60,673 bases of DNA, filler included, from Sphacelaria rigidula (GCA_964200075.2; 9 parts of 9 records of this genome joined end to end with filler, not necessarily neighbours in it); one strand, 5' to 3'. Counted from the first letter of the whole stretch, positions 1 to 13,352 are shown. Made by a program: numbers and translations. The notes: generated by a model from the letters alone, not told the origin.

Positions 1-97
1 AAGCACACGTGAAATTAAAAAAATGACTCACTTAAAGCGAATGATCAAAGTCACTCTCAATCGTATCATCTACTCTCAATCTCACGAATACACTGTT
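1..97. mobile_element. Right end of MITE family A, truncated by contig start
   Basis: ctctcaatcgtatcatctactctcaatctcacgaatacactgtt is the reverse complement of the ends at 13353 and 43437; bases 1-50 resemble 43647-43700. Confidence 0.75.
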
Positions 98-282
98 CTC
101 AGTGGGTAACCTCGAAACCTTCTGACGGTTGGGTTGTGAGTTCAATTCTCGGAGTGATCTGGGATTTTTCTCACACCATGCGCAAGAGTGGAGAGCGACT
201 ATGTCGTGGGTACACAATACTCGACTTTACGGTCGACGACGGAAAGGGACTGCTGAACCCCTCTCGCGATAAAAAATAAAGG
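98..282 (+). mobile_element. tRNA-derived SINE family 1, interrupted in the A box
   Basis: Colinear with 47061-47169 (+) and with 43351-43435 plus 43742-43866 (-); degenerate B box GAGTTCAATTC; A-rich 3' end. Confidence 0.75.
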
Positions 283-1452
283 CAAGCACCGCAGAAGAAA
301 GGTGGAGTACCAAAACCAAATGCAAACGAAAAAGCTCCCGTGTTGACCTTCTCCTGTATGACCCCGGCTGGTGCGCCCACATATACCGAAAGATGTAGAC
401 CGGCGCCCAGAATGGGTGGGACGACAACACACACACTTCAAAAAGTGTCGTTACCCTCGAAATTTCTCCCCCAGACATATACATTCGGGCTATTTGCATG
501 GCATCAAAATTTCGGGGCCTGTAATATCCTCCAACGATTTCCGGTATGATACAGCACTAAACATACCGCGCAAATTTCAAAGAGCATGACCTATAGTGCT
601 TTACACCCTCAAATCCGGCTATCTTACTCATATATCGGCATTGCAAACTCATGACTCAGGACCCCAGAGATACACTCAGATCTCTGCCGTACTTAGACAG
701 TCTTGTTGGGTATGGTGTAGATGCGGCGACAACTTTAGATAATCTCGTCACCAGGCAAAGGTGGATTCTCCTTAGTACTAGAACATCGAAGTCGTCCGAC
801 TGCTCATGCATCCATGCCCTAATGAAAAAAATCGAAATTCTCTGATCTGGAAGGATCATGACGTCCGAAATGGAGTAAAGCTACCTGATGAAATTAAACA
901 CAAAAAAGCAAATTCACGCTGATCACAGAGTCCATAACCGCGTAGGTCGTTCTTCACCCTTCTCCTTGCGTCCCACGTTTGTCCGGATACTCCCACTTGC
1001 TGTACATGGCTCCTCCTGCATCCCCAGTGGATGGTGGTTCCAGAGACGGTTTGTGTTGTTCTTTGAACCAGCATGTTCCCGAGGCGAGCTCTTGCGCGTG
1101 TTGTCACGCCATGGCTTCTCATCGCCTGTTGGCGAGAGTTGCGGTCGTTGCTGGTGTTGACACCATGGCGCATCACGTGCTGGCGCGTGTTGCGGGGGGC
1201 TCGTCCACGGTTGTTGCCGAGGTTGATGGCGTTGATGGAGTTGTTATCTTATCCACTCATTATTGAAAGATGAAGTCGTGATGAACGATGTTTTGCTGGT
1301 AGGAATAGCTGAAGATGAGGAAGGTATTTTCGAAGCTGTGACGGAATGTGCGTCGGTGTGAAGCTCAGCTCTGCCTTATCGGAGTATTGACGTACGAAAG
1401 TCGGTAAGCCCCTCTTGACAGTGACGCACTCCTGTTGCCTCCGGTGATAAAG

Positions 1453-3020
1453 TCACTTCCCGAAATCGATGACCGCGTTCAGGAGTCGTCCGTGGATTGT
1501 CTTCTCGCAATACTTAATAAGTACATCGGCCAATTGACGGCTAGTACTGACATGGTCAACACTTAGTCGGTTGTTGTTGATAAGGTCCTCAAGACTGTAC
1601 GATCTGATCGCCAGGTGTATACTCGCGTTACTACAATTTGCGTTCGATGAAAGATGAAGAGCTCCCTGGGGAAGATGGTTGGAGGCCGTACAGACGACCA
1701 CCCGAGCTCTCGCAGATGATTAAAAAGGTACATGCCGAACTTTCCTCCTTTCGCCAGTGCTAGAAGTTCAGCTTCGGTGTAGACGAGGCTGTAATCCGTT
1801 GTAAGCTTGAAGGAGAATGGACGAGTCCGTTCACCAGAAAAAACACGGTGTCCGATGTTGACCTCATTTTCCCTCCAAGAGCACCGTTTCCGTATGATGA
1901 ATCAACAAAACCTTTTTGTTCCAAATTGCTTCTTGAAGTGCGGTAGACGATGGGGAGGCCCATTGTACCTCAGATGGCGAAAAATACGTTTGGCAGCCGT
2001 CAAGTGTTCCGTCGTAGGTCTACTCATGTAGCGGGAGACCTGGGTGACGCTGAACGCTATGACAAATCTCGTGCCCTGGGATAGAAAAATCAAACTTCCC
2101 ACCCTAGCTTGATACTGCTTTATCCCTTGAAGATCCAGTAGATGTTCCTCCGTGGCCGGCAGAGTACTATTGGTGATCCCAGGCATGTGTACTGAATTAC
2201 AGGACTCCATATCATTTTTTTGTAGTAATGAGATGACGCATCTGTGCTGAGATAGTTTTAGTGTTCCCCGCTCTGCATCTCTCGTTATCTCCATGCCACG
2301 GATAAGAGACACTGGTCCAAGCTCTGGAACGGATAAGTTCTTGTTGAATATCTCGAACATCTTGTAGAATCTTGATAGAAGGTCCGGTCAGAAGGATGTC
2401 ATCGATAAATAACTCAAGCATGGCGTATTTATCATTTTCTCCTCTCGGATAGACGCCGGGGTCGCGCGCAGTAGCAGTAAAGCCGATTTTCTCAACTTGG
2501 AGTCTATCGTTGCGTTCCGTACATTCGGACTCTGCCTGAGACCGTACAAAGCTTGGCGCAAACGCTCACATGTGGTTGTCCGGTAGTAGGCTCCGTTGTC
2601 TCAAAGTCCAGTGGCTGCTTGCAGAGTACCGTATTCTATAGTTTTCCATTTAAAAAGGTTGTTTGAACATCGAGCGCAATCACTGGCCAGTTCTTTGAAG
2701 TTGCAATCGCGAGGAGGATTTGCTGACTCTCAAGTCGGCAGACTGGTGCAAAAGTACTTCCGCAATCGAAGCCGTGTCGTTGTGCCCAACCCTGTACAAC
2801 TGGTCGAGTCTTCAATCGTCCGTCAGCTTTGACCTTCTAGACCCAGCGCGAGCCAATTATGTTGTTCTTCGGTGGAACCGTTCCAGCTGGGATAATATTA
2901 TCCACACGATGGTCTTGGATGCTGCGGACTTCGTCCAGCATGGCTGCTCTTCACTTTGATGCGAACGATGAGGAAGATGCTTTTTTGAAGTTTTTCGGAG
3001 CGGGAATTGATGCAGGTGAC
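1453..3020 (-). mobile_element. Decayed Ty1/Copia LTR retrotransposon pol (RT + RNase H)
   Basis: Minus-strand motifs in order, with stops and frameshifts: IPAPKNFKKA, GSRWV, DGRLKTRPVVQG..TFAPV, LLAIA..LDVQTTFLNG, ALYGLRQSP, LFIDDILLTG (YVDD), VGSLIFL..TR, AAKRI, GFVDSSYG..RSTS, QLADVLIK. Confidence 0.93.
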
Positions 3021-5094
3021 ACTACGCTCACACGTGGACAGATAGCACCCTGTGGGGCGCACTGTGCAGGGTCCGCACAGGGTCCTCCACAGTCTTTGTG
3101 AAAAACCCTGACAGTGAAAACGCAAATCTGTACCTCTCGTAGCATTTTTGTCGAAACCCTGCAAGCAACCCTCTGGAGAGGCCCTCCCAATTTTGAAATT
3201 CCATTATTTTTTTTTTCGGGCATTCAAAATTATTTTGGTACAAAATCTGTAATGTATATATTTCAAATGGCTTGTCCTGCTGTCCAAGATAAATATCTTT
3301 TTGCCAGATTCAAATCGGGCTAAAAGGAATTTATGTCGGACAGCAGGACAAGCTATTCAACACAGATCCTTTTCTCGCCCAATATATTTGGGCAAAAAAA
3401 TTAATTGTTTCGAACAGCAGAAGATCCTATTCAAAATAAATCCTTTTTTCGCCCCCAAAAAAATGGGCGAAAAAAGGATCTATTTCGAACAGCTTTTTCT
3501 GCTGCGCGAATCCCATGCACACTGGCAGATTTGGAATTTGAACAGCAGAAGAAGCTCGAAATAAATCTTCACTTTGCCCTCCAATTCATCCGAAAATTGG
3601 GCAAGAAGAGATTTATTGCGAACAGCGTGAGCTGGGCATATCACGCATACTGCACCGTTATCAACGTATGGGATCTGATATGCAGAAAAAACTGTTGAAA
3701 CTAATTAATTCTTTTGCCCCCCAGTCCATGTATACATGGGCCAAAGGATGAATAACTCTCAACAGCTTTTGCTGAATAAAGATCCCACACACTGGTTACG
3801 TGTGTTTGTCCACACTCCTGTGCTTCAAGCGAAGCAGGCGTGATAGAGATGCTGACAGAACGGTGTATTCCTCGCATATCAATGCACATAGTTCATAAAC
3901 ACCTCATGTTCCAGTGTCTACCAACACAAACCATGTTTAGAAAAAGTCACTTAATCAATTTTATTGGGACCCCAGTAATCTTGTACAGTATATAGACCAT
4001 CACCCGAAGATATATATATATCACCAGCTGTTCACAGATCGAGCAAGGCAAACCCCACAACACTTATTCGCAACTACCACCACAACCCTGCAGCAAAGAG
4101 ATATAGATACACACTGCCGTGGGTGGGTATGATGTATTTCTTGGTGGAAACTTGAGCATCTTCTTTCATGGTCGCGACATCGCGCGGCGACGACACGCGA
4201 GGCGGTGTAGGGTGGGGAACAACCGGCCGCATATTGCATACATAGTTACCATACAGTATGCATAGGCAGCAATAACAGTGCAGGCCGTACAATGCTGCAC
4301 GTTGTTCAAGTCCTTTTAACGTCGCACTGTAGATAGAGGACGTATGCATTGTCCTGCGCTGTCTATACTGTACTTTTCCCCTTCCCTTTCACGTCCTACC
4401 TACTGTGCTGCGGCAGCTGTGCGCATATGCTGTGGGACGCACGCGTGTAATACTGGAGTTCGTGACGGTATATCACACCCCCATACATAAAAATAAGCTG
4501 CAGGCGTCTACATTGTGTATAGTCAGCCATACGTAACACATTTGCCGCGCTAATTCTACAGTACATGGCACCGCACGTATAAGTACGGTATAGCGCACTG
4601 TCCCGCATGGTATTGTACAGTCCAGTACAGTTTATTGTTGACAATATATATATATCACCATCAAAGTACAGTATCAACCGCGATGACATGTTCCGCGTTT
4701 TTACTATTCTAAACATTTTCATGTTTTGTTTTAGTTTGGCAGACACGGGACTACGGGTTTTTCATCAGATATATCTTCATATCTATTTATTTATTTCTCT
4801 TTATTTTGGTAATGTGTCTGGTAAGGAATAGCAGGGACGGTATTGGAAAGGCGAGCCTACGTCTGTGACCACGGGTTCGCGAGATCGGACTAATGTGCGG
4901 AAATAATAATAAAATATATATATGAATTCATAACCGAGGAATAGTCCGTTCTGTCAACGTCACCTGAGCTTCAACTTAAGCTTGGGTGCAGTGTGTGGGA
5001 CTTGAACAGCAGAAACTGCTCACGAACACGTTATTTCTTTGCCCAATTTCAGGTATTGGCGGGCAAGATGGGGATTAATTGCGAACAGCGAGTG

Positions 5095-5482
5095 TTAACC
5101 CTTTTGGAACCCTCCCCTCCCGTCCCCGGGCCAGATTCCTCGTTATGAGAAGCCCTGACAACGAAGAAAAGATAAAAACAGAAAAGACCGATGGCAACCA
5201 TTTTTCTGTTGAAGACCAAAGAAGACTCCAGACGCACACGTCATGGATGTGCCGGAAATGAAACCCCGGAGCGGTCGGGTTGGGTTTGTCCAATGATATC
5301 ACGCGACGGGCGAAGTGTGTGTCCAAGTGTGTGCATCGACAAAACTCTCGCAAAACAGTATAAACTCCTTTACATGTGATTTTTGTCAATAGAATCTGTG
5401 AAACACCTCAATTCGAGCTCGGTGCACGAATACGTCACACTAGTATACTTGAAGTTAGAGTAGTGCACCGTTTTGGTGGGCT
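5095..5482 (+). mobile_element. piggyBac-like element left end (second copy 17631-17982)
   Basis: TTAA|CCCTTTTGGAACC terminus; about 350 bp colinear with 17631-17982, which starts TTGA|CCGTTTAGGAACC. Confidence 0.6.
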
Positions 5483-6581
5483 AAATCATCAACACTTGGC
5501 GAGCGTAGGAAGCCACACTATACGGCTGGCGACAACGATATGGCGATGCACGTGGAAATCCCGTCGCCACATGTGGAAGCGCTGAAGAGCGACCCATATG
5601 CAATTCACGTTCAGCTGGAAGAGTTGGTTGAAAAGCACGGCCAGGACGCTGCCAGGCGTTTCGCTGAAAAAGCTTCAAGAGCGATTGGGGCAGCCCGTTG
5701 CCGCCCAGCGCACACCGCCCCCCCCCGCTCGCTTACCAAACGTCAGAACAGAAACCGCGGCAAGTGAAAACGCTGGGAGGCACGCAGGGTTATGTAGGAG
5801 ACACCAAGCGGACGTGATTGCAAGCTTCCAGACAGGCGATGTTCTAGCAAACGGTCGACAAACGACCGGGACAGCCTTTGGCAACCAGCCTAACCCAACT
5901 ACAGCTACAGTCAGTGACTACACTTCACTACAGTCCAGAATGACTGAATAACGATGCAATGTAATGGTCTTCCACGCCAGAAGACAGAAGGTATGCAATA
6001 TCATTGCATGAAGCCCCAACGCCACCCACGAGGACAGACGGTCCGAACGCGATAGCGCCAGCCTGAGCAGCCGGAGTAATACACCTCACGCAGCACGAAG
6101 TACGGCTGTGCAACGTTCAGTCATGATCAACCCCCAGTATAGAGGTGCTGTCGTGGGAACGTACAGCACAAAGCGCAGGATGAGATATGTCGTAAGATCA
6201 CAGCCTACAAAGTGACAGCCTGTTTCGGATATACCAGGAGTATGTATAACGGCGGGGTACATGACGTCCTCGTCGCCGTTATGGAATATCAAACCGCAGT
6301 TTGGTGACGTGTAAACGCGTACGACAGAGTGCAGTAGCGTGCATGGCATGAGTTTACCCTTAACATAAATATCATGATCACACGCAGAACAGGGGAATAG
6401 GTGAACACATCTCCACAGGGCCTGACGGTGACTGTCTCCGAATACACACAGTAGCCGGAGGCATAAGTGAGGTAAATGTGCCGTCGGTTTCGCCTTTGTT
6501 ATTTCAACTTAGGCGCAAGCTTCCTATGATGTGGTGCAAAGCATCTACTACAGGTGCGACGTGAAGTTTGCTCCACGGAGA

Positions 6582-6653
6582 GTCAGCAGCAAAGAAGGAG
6601 GGGGGGTTGCCGTGGCACGCGGGAGTGCTGCAGGGAACGGAGAGGTTCATGAC
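6582..6653 (+). mobile_element. RTE-like LINE ORF2 C-terminal fragment
   Basis: SAAKKEGGLPWHAGVLQGTERFM is near-identical to the peptide at 23560-23632. Confidence 0.7.
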
Positions 6654-6753
6654 NNNNNNNNNNNNNNNNNNNNNNNNNNNNNNNNNNNNNNNNNNNNTTA
6701 ATTAATTAANNNNNNNNNNNNNNNNNNNNNNNNNNNNNNNNNNNNNNNNNNNN
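6654..6753. other. Artificial contig spacer
   Basis: 44 N + TTAATTAATTAA (stops in six frames) + 44 N. Confidence 0.99.
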
Positions 6754-7186
6754 TTCCTCCACTACCTACCGTAAGGAGATAAACACCACGTCTAAATTCA
6801 AAATAGGTCACGAGCACACCTTCATATTAGAGTAGAGGGCCCAGCCGAGACCACTCCGGGTTCATCGCCGTAATCCGAGACGGCAACGTCCCAAACACCG
6901 AAATGAATTGAAATTGGAAGCGCCCTGTACACAGGGCAATCCATACATGATGATGCCTGGGAGGTTTGGTACTGAACAGAGTCCACCAGTCCCTTCACTA
7001 CCTATCATACCGTAAGGATATAGATACTACGTATTAATACACAATAAGCCACGGGCAGACCTTCATTTTAGGGTAAAAGGGCCCAGCCGAGACCACTCCA
7101 GTTTCACCGCCGAAATCCGAGACGGCAACGTCGCAAACACTGAAATGAATTCAAATTGGAAGCACCCTGGACACAGGGCAATCTAT
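6754..7186. repeat. Tandem duplication, unit about 242 bp, two copies
   Basis: gcccagccgagaccactcc at 6839 and 7081; aaattggaagc.ccctg.acacagggcaat occurs in both units. Confidence 0.85.
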
Positions 7187-7793
7187 GGAACAGGGGGTTT
7201 GATAATATGCGGGAGCAGGTATTGTTGGGTCGTGGGAACCTGCATAACAATTGCAGTAATTTCGAACTGAGTGCTAATGCACGGTCCGGTCGCGATATGG
7301 CGATATTTGGATGTTGAAAATGAAAGCACCATCTGCTATTTCTAAATTCCCCCTCTAGCCGTAGGTGATGAACGTCGGGGTGGAGAATTCCTGTCGGGAA
7401 ATGAACGGATGTCGAAATGATGAGGAATCGGAAGCGATATCTCAAAGCTGAGGTTCCTGGTATATTTCACAGTAATTTGCAGTCAAATATACCAGGAACC
7501 TAGAGCTTGAGATACCTCTGGAACGGGGGTTCACGCATTCCTGTTCGCTCTCTTCAAATAGTTGACGCCACGCACGACGTTCGGCGAATGAATGTTCATT
7601 TGCCCTGAACATCTCAGCGCCTGCGGGAGAAGGTAAAACAATGTACTGCCCGCAACTCACTGCCAGCGGATCGTGTTGCCCAGTGAGAATTCTCAGTACC
7701 GATCGCCCAATTGACACCGCGCCGATGAGCGCGACACGTGCTGGACTCAATGCCAGCGAAAGTGTTGCCCAGTGAGATTTCTCAGAAACAATA

Positions 7794-8569
7794 CGAGCTG
7801 GGCTGGTCTAAAAACGGATTTAAGCTCTCAAAGCAATATCTCATTGACACAGACGAGTCGGGTCGTGATCCGCATATCGTTGATTAAACCCCATGTCTAG
7901 TAATCCCTATACCCAAGGAAGATAGCGCCAATACTAAACTCTCTATGAAACTCCCGATCGATGCATTTAGCGAATGGCGACGAATTTTGGTGTGGAGAAC
8001 CACAAAAGAGCGCCGAATAAAGAAAAAAAGTGGGCCTTCCATTTTTTTTTCATAAAGGTTAGGGCGTTCTTGTGAAATATGGTCTTTACCATAGTAGAAC
8101 GCCCTAAAACATTGGAAAAAAAATAAACCTGACCCACTTTGTTTTGTTGATTATGCCCTAGCTACGCCCCACACAAAGTTTCAATACACAAAGACCACAC
8201 GTGGGCCTGTAAATGGCCTGCAAAATACTGTTCCGAATTTATTCTGATCCTGTCACTAAGCGGCCCATTATACGGCCAATACTGGAGTTGGACCCTGAAA
8301 TTTGGTATGGACAATGAGTAGGGCATAGTAGAAACAATTACTGGCGTACACAAGGTTTTTTTTTCTTCTTCATGAGTTAAGGGCAATAATCATTTTTCAG
8401 ATATCAGTAAAATGCCCCTTACTCATGAAAAAAAAAACTTGTGTACGCCAGTACTTTTTTTAACTGTGTCCTACTCATTGTCCATACCAAATTTCAGGGT
8501 CCAGCTCCAAGTATTGGCCGTGTAATGGGCCTGCAAACTGCAGAATCGCTTCTCGGCTGGCCCAGCTCG
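7794..8569. mobile_element. Tc1/mariner-type non-autonomous element, family B, with internal fold-back
   Basis: TA|CGAGCTGGGC...GCCCAGCTCG|TA; interrupts the second unit of a roughly 90-bp tandem duplication; inverted homologue at 37205-38385. Confidence 0.85.
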
Positions 8570-10794
8570 TAGCCCAAGTGAAACTGCGCCGATGAGCGCG
8601 GCACGTGCTGTGAGCGTGTTCACTGCGGTAGTCATGGTGCGAAACCACACGCACGCTGCGTACCCTCAACACGTGCAAAACTGTAAGATCAAGTACCCTG
8701 AAGACGGTACGTGGAGCTGCGGCACAAAACACTACGGACTGCTGCTGCTGTGCACAATTATGCGGCGTAATGTAATAGTAGCAGTACTTCAGATTCCACA
8801 CCACTACTGTACTGTCCGCAGGCGCCTGTGTAATGACTCACAACTATGTGCCTCATATGCACCCCCGGTCCCTTCCGCCGTAGAGTAGGCATTTTGGTTT
8901 GTGACAAAGGAATGATTTTGAACCCGAAAAATGGATAGTCTCATTCAGTCTTCCAGCGGGGGAGTCGCTGTCTAAGGGTTGACACGTCGAGGGTCTGGTG
9001 CGTGGGCCGTAAGCGGCCTTTGCCGTCGTATAATCGGAGATGAACTCCATATAAACAGACTGTGACAGCACAATGCTAGACCTCAACGAAAGGCCACATG
9101 TCTGAAAAACACTGTGCAGCATTCCATAATTTACTACAATGAGTCACAACTCGTACATGTTTCAACAGCAGAAGGAGAACCACACCACGCGTGCGCTTTT
9201 TCGTGCGTTTTGCACTCCTTGAAGCTCTAGAAGTCTAGAATGGCATCTACCGCAGGCACAGCAGCATCGCCCATGGCATACTTCGCCGGGCGAGGTTGGT
9301 TGAGCGGCCTGCGCAGGCGTACAGTCGGAAGTCTGATTCGAAACGATGGCGCAAACAGCGTAATAGGCCTTGGCTTTGTGCGCGAAGATGAGATAAAGTG
9401 GTTCCTTCTTCAAGCCTTTTCGTACATATAAATCCTCAGAGTTTGATGCATATCACGTACATGCATGCTATCTGTGAGAATCACTAAAAATATGAGATAG
9501 CGTGCATGACACCAAGAAAACGAAGGAAAGCGTCAACAGAGTTAACGGCAGACTATCAGAGAGTTCCATCCACGTACGAGTAGTGGCCTTACGCTTGCCC
9601 CCAGCCCGACAACACCCGACTCCCGAAGATCTCGATGACCACAGCAAACAATCTCGCGCGGTTTGTTGCGTGGTGATCTCTGCGATCTGATCATTGGTAT
9701 GTGAATGACGCATTTTATATATGCATGAACCGGTAAAATACGTGAAATGTATTGGAAAAAACATAGTTTTGTCATGTACCTGCCGTGGAGCGATGAAGAC
9801 AAAATGTTCACTTTACACACCAAAGGTCACACCCGTTAGGAGATGCGTACGCCTCTGGCATTAGCCAGATCATCACCCGTATGCAGTTCCGCTGGATCTG
9901 CTATGACTGTGGTTCCTGTCGTGTAGTCGAATGAATACCTTCTTACGTGATACCCTTGAACAAACGTTAGGGGACGTATTTTGCTCTGGATGCTGCGACC
10001 GGTTTGGGAGAGGGTCGAACAGATCGTAGAACCGATGCCAATACTCGCCAGCATCTCGGAAAACAAAGTTTCTCCCGGACCTTGTGAATACGGAATTCCA
10101 GTCATTCATAGATTTGATCCAAAGGAAGGTGCACACTATTGTGACGATTTCACTCCCACAACATGTCTTGTGTGAAGATTATCGCCTAACCGTGGCTCAC
10201 GGTTATCATTGCTTGCCTACAGGTTTCCCGTTTTACTGTAAATGCCGTGCGTCGTTCCAGGTGCAGAATGCCGGCCGACACGGCTACCACGATCACCCCC
10301 AGTGCCAGTGGACCATGAGAACGAGATTCGAAGTGTGTAGTGGTGGTGACAGACGATGGGAACATATTTTGAGGTGCCTCCGTTCGACGGCAGGGTTATC
10401 TCTGTTTGCCGCGTCCTGCCCTGTGGCTCTTCGACAGCTTTGCAATATGTACATGTATGTGCATATGCATATGGTTTTTCGCTCGTGTGTTGAGATCCCT
10501 TTTGCGCTTGTAATCGCACGACAGGCTCAGGGTGCGTACACAAGGAACTTCGAAACCTGCCTTGGTATCTGGTGATGACAGGTCGAGCATGCCTCTCGCG
10601 CTCTACTGTTGCTGCCGTTCATCGGACTTGTAGTCGTTGCATAGTCAACCATGGCGGCATCATGTTGGTGGTGCTTGCTTCTCTCCTTCTATCTAGTAGG
10701 CAGGTATTTTATCAGGCCGTGCCCATTTTATCGTCAGAAGATGCCACCCCTGGATGCGTTGCCACCTATCGAGGGCAGGCGTTTTGACAATAAA

Positions 10795-11232
10795 CACGGG
10801 ATCTTACAAATTGGGGATGAATCTTTCAGTAGGGATGAGAAACCCGGAGAATAAAAATCTTCGTTTCCACACCAAATCTTCGAAGTATGGTTTCATTTTT
10901 CCACCTACTGACAGCTATCGACAACTGCTATACGCGATAGAAATTTGGATTTCGATCACGAAATGTTGAGGTCCTAGGTGAAAAAACATTTTGGGGGAAT
11001 TTCGGGTGTCCGAGCGGACGCCGAAATGGTTTCGAATTGGTTTTTCACCTAGGACCCCACCATTTCGGTGATGGATATCCAAATTTCTATGGCGTGTAGC
11101 AGTTGTCACTAGCTATCAGTAGTTGAAGAAGTGGAACCATACTTCGAAGATTTGGTGTGGATACGAAGATTTCAGTTCTCCGGGTTTCTCATCCCTACTA
11201 GAAGATTCATCCCCAATATGTAAGATCCCGTG
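10795..11232. mobile_element. Fold-back MITE, about 200-bp arms, TTAA-like flanks (piggyBac-like)
   Basis: TAAA|CACGGGATCTTAC...GTAAGATCCCGTG|TTAA; arms pair almost to the centre near 11010. Confidence 0.85.
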
Positions 11233-11280
11233 TTAATGGGATATTTTCGGAATGGTGCAGTGCGATATCGATTTCGGCTT

Positions 11281-12115
11281 GGTGATGCGAGGGGCTGAAT
11301 GTCTGGCGGCGACGGTCGTGGTGTCTGGCAAAGATTATGACGACCATCGTTGAAGTTTGTGCGGCGTTTGGTCTCGTCGTGGCGGAAAATGAGACGGCAA
11401 CAACGCACATGCGCTCCCGAAGCATGAATGCGGTATGGTCGACGTGGGGTCGGCAGGCCAAAGATACAAGCAAGTTGAGTATATCGGCGGCAAAAACAAT
11501 AACATCGGTGTTGTCATTCCTCAAAGGTCCACAGCCGCTTTGTCCACGCCTGGACATGTTTCTACAGTCGCAGCAGAGCGGCATACTGCAAGCCGTACAT
11601 CGCCCTGGCCACCAAGGTTCGTCTCGTGAAGGCAGAGCTGATCGAGGTCACGCTACACGGCTGTGTACACGGCTGTGTGATCTGGAGGATCGTGCCCAAC
11701 AAGTTCGGCACGTTGCAGAATGTACACCATGGGTTCCTCCTGAGGTGCCTCGAATGCACATTTCAAGCCGCAGCGCTGCCGACTACCAGATGCTACCAAA
11801 CCACAAGGTCCTCGAAATTACTGTCTTCGAGCGTATTGAGGTTACCATGATGCAGCGAATCCTCCTACACGCCGGCCATATCGTGCGCATGCACGACGAA
11901 CGCTTCCCAACATCGTCATGCGTGGAGTAATGCCCAGAGGGGAGAATAAGGTAGACCGACCAGCGATACGCCTGCAAGACACAGCGTAACGAAACACTGC
12001 TTCGAGTTCAGAAAAAACGAGACATCGTGGACGCAGATTGCCCACATGTTTCCGAATGGTGCCGTATTGTAGAGGAGGGGGCTTAGGTGTGCATGAAAGC
12101 TTGGACCAAAACGCG
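11281..12115 (+). mobile_element. Decayed RTE-like LINE (RT C-terminal region)
   Basis: LAKIMTTIVEVCAAFGLVVAENET, AGQRYKQVEYIGG, KAELIEVTLHGCV, VHHGFLLRCL, RILLHAGHIVRMHDERFP across frameshifts. Confidence 0.88.
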
Positions 12116-12139
12116 CCATGCTAAGTAATCCAAGGTTGT

Positions 12140-12720
12140 GTTCTGTAGGGTGCGGTTTTCTGTATACCCAGTGTATTTTCCGGGTGTTTACCGTATCCGA
12201 CAGTTTTATGACTTCTGTAAGACTTTCATACCGGTATCCGATAGTTCTGTAGTCTCTGTAAGACTTCCATACCTTTACCCGAAAGTTCTGTAGTCTCTGT
12301 AAGATTTTCATACCCTTACCCGATAGTTCTGTAGTCTCTGTAAGACTCCCGTACCGTTACCCGGGGGCGCGGGTATGATCTTGATAAGATACCTGGTTAC
12401 GGGTAGGGTTTTCTGTCCAACCTTCATACCCTACCCGACAGTTTCTGTGAGTGCTGTGAGTCTCCCATACTCTTAACCGACACTTCTGTGAGTTCTGTAC
12501 GGAACGTTTACCCGTACCCGGAGGGTGGGTGCTGTACCCGGAGCGCGGGTATGCTATTGAAGAAATACCCGATTGCCGGTACCGGTTTTCTGCAAGCCTC
12601 CTGTACCATACCCGACAAGTTCTGTAATTTCTGTAAGAGGTTCATCCACTACTGGTACCCGACAGTTCTGTGAGCTCTGTAAGCCCCCCATACCCATACC
12701 CGGGGTTCGGGTGTACCGTA
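12140..12720. repeat. Degenerate motif array (ttctgtgagttctgtaagac / atacccgtacccg), probable non-autonomous DNA transposon
   Basis: Repeated units of about 40 bp. Confidence 0.7.
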
Positions 12721-13352
12721 ATAGATATACTCGATTGCAGGTATGTACCTAGGGGAGGTACGGATATAGGTTCAATCCAAACACAACCTCATGACCTGAA
12801 TATGTACCTCCCATCGATCAATTCACCCATCTCCTCCGTTCAAAACTGCACACCAACAATAAGTCAATGTCAAAAACTCCTTTAGTTCGGGATCTGATGA
12901 GATACAAGGTACCGCTCGGTGGAAAGATGAAACATGGAACATGAGCGTCACTGTAGACCGTCAGGATGGATCATCCCCAGACTCGAGTGGTGGCTGGAGC
13001 AGAGGTGGTTCATCTGCGCCACCAGGGGATCCAGTAGCAGGACGCACGTCATCGACGTTGATGGTGGTTGTGTCGTGGTCATGAAACCCCAGGCCGTTAT
13101 CGACATGTACAGCATAGACTATGAGATGCCATCGAATGTCGTCAAGGCCGCGATTTCGTCGCGTGCCGAAGGGCTTCCACAGAACGGTCAGCCGTGAAGC
13201 CTTGATGTACTTTTTGGGAAACGTGGGACCGATAGATGTTGACGATCCCTTGCACATGTACTATTGATACTGCGATTGTTCGTTAGTCTTTCTCCATCAA
13301 CCCCGTCAAGCCGTTCAAAGTTTTCGTGAGCTGTCATCTGTATTTCGCCACT

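Noticed and set aside
5534..5951. Protein-like ORFs (VEALKSDPYAIHVQLEELVEKHG...)
   Set aside because: No recognisable domain or convincing splice pair; they lie just inside a piggyBac-like end and cannot be assigned.
6698..6709. Periodic TTAATTAATTAA motif every 6.75 kb
   Set aside because: Artificial six-frame stop linker embedded in N runs.
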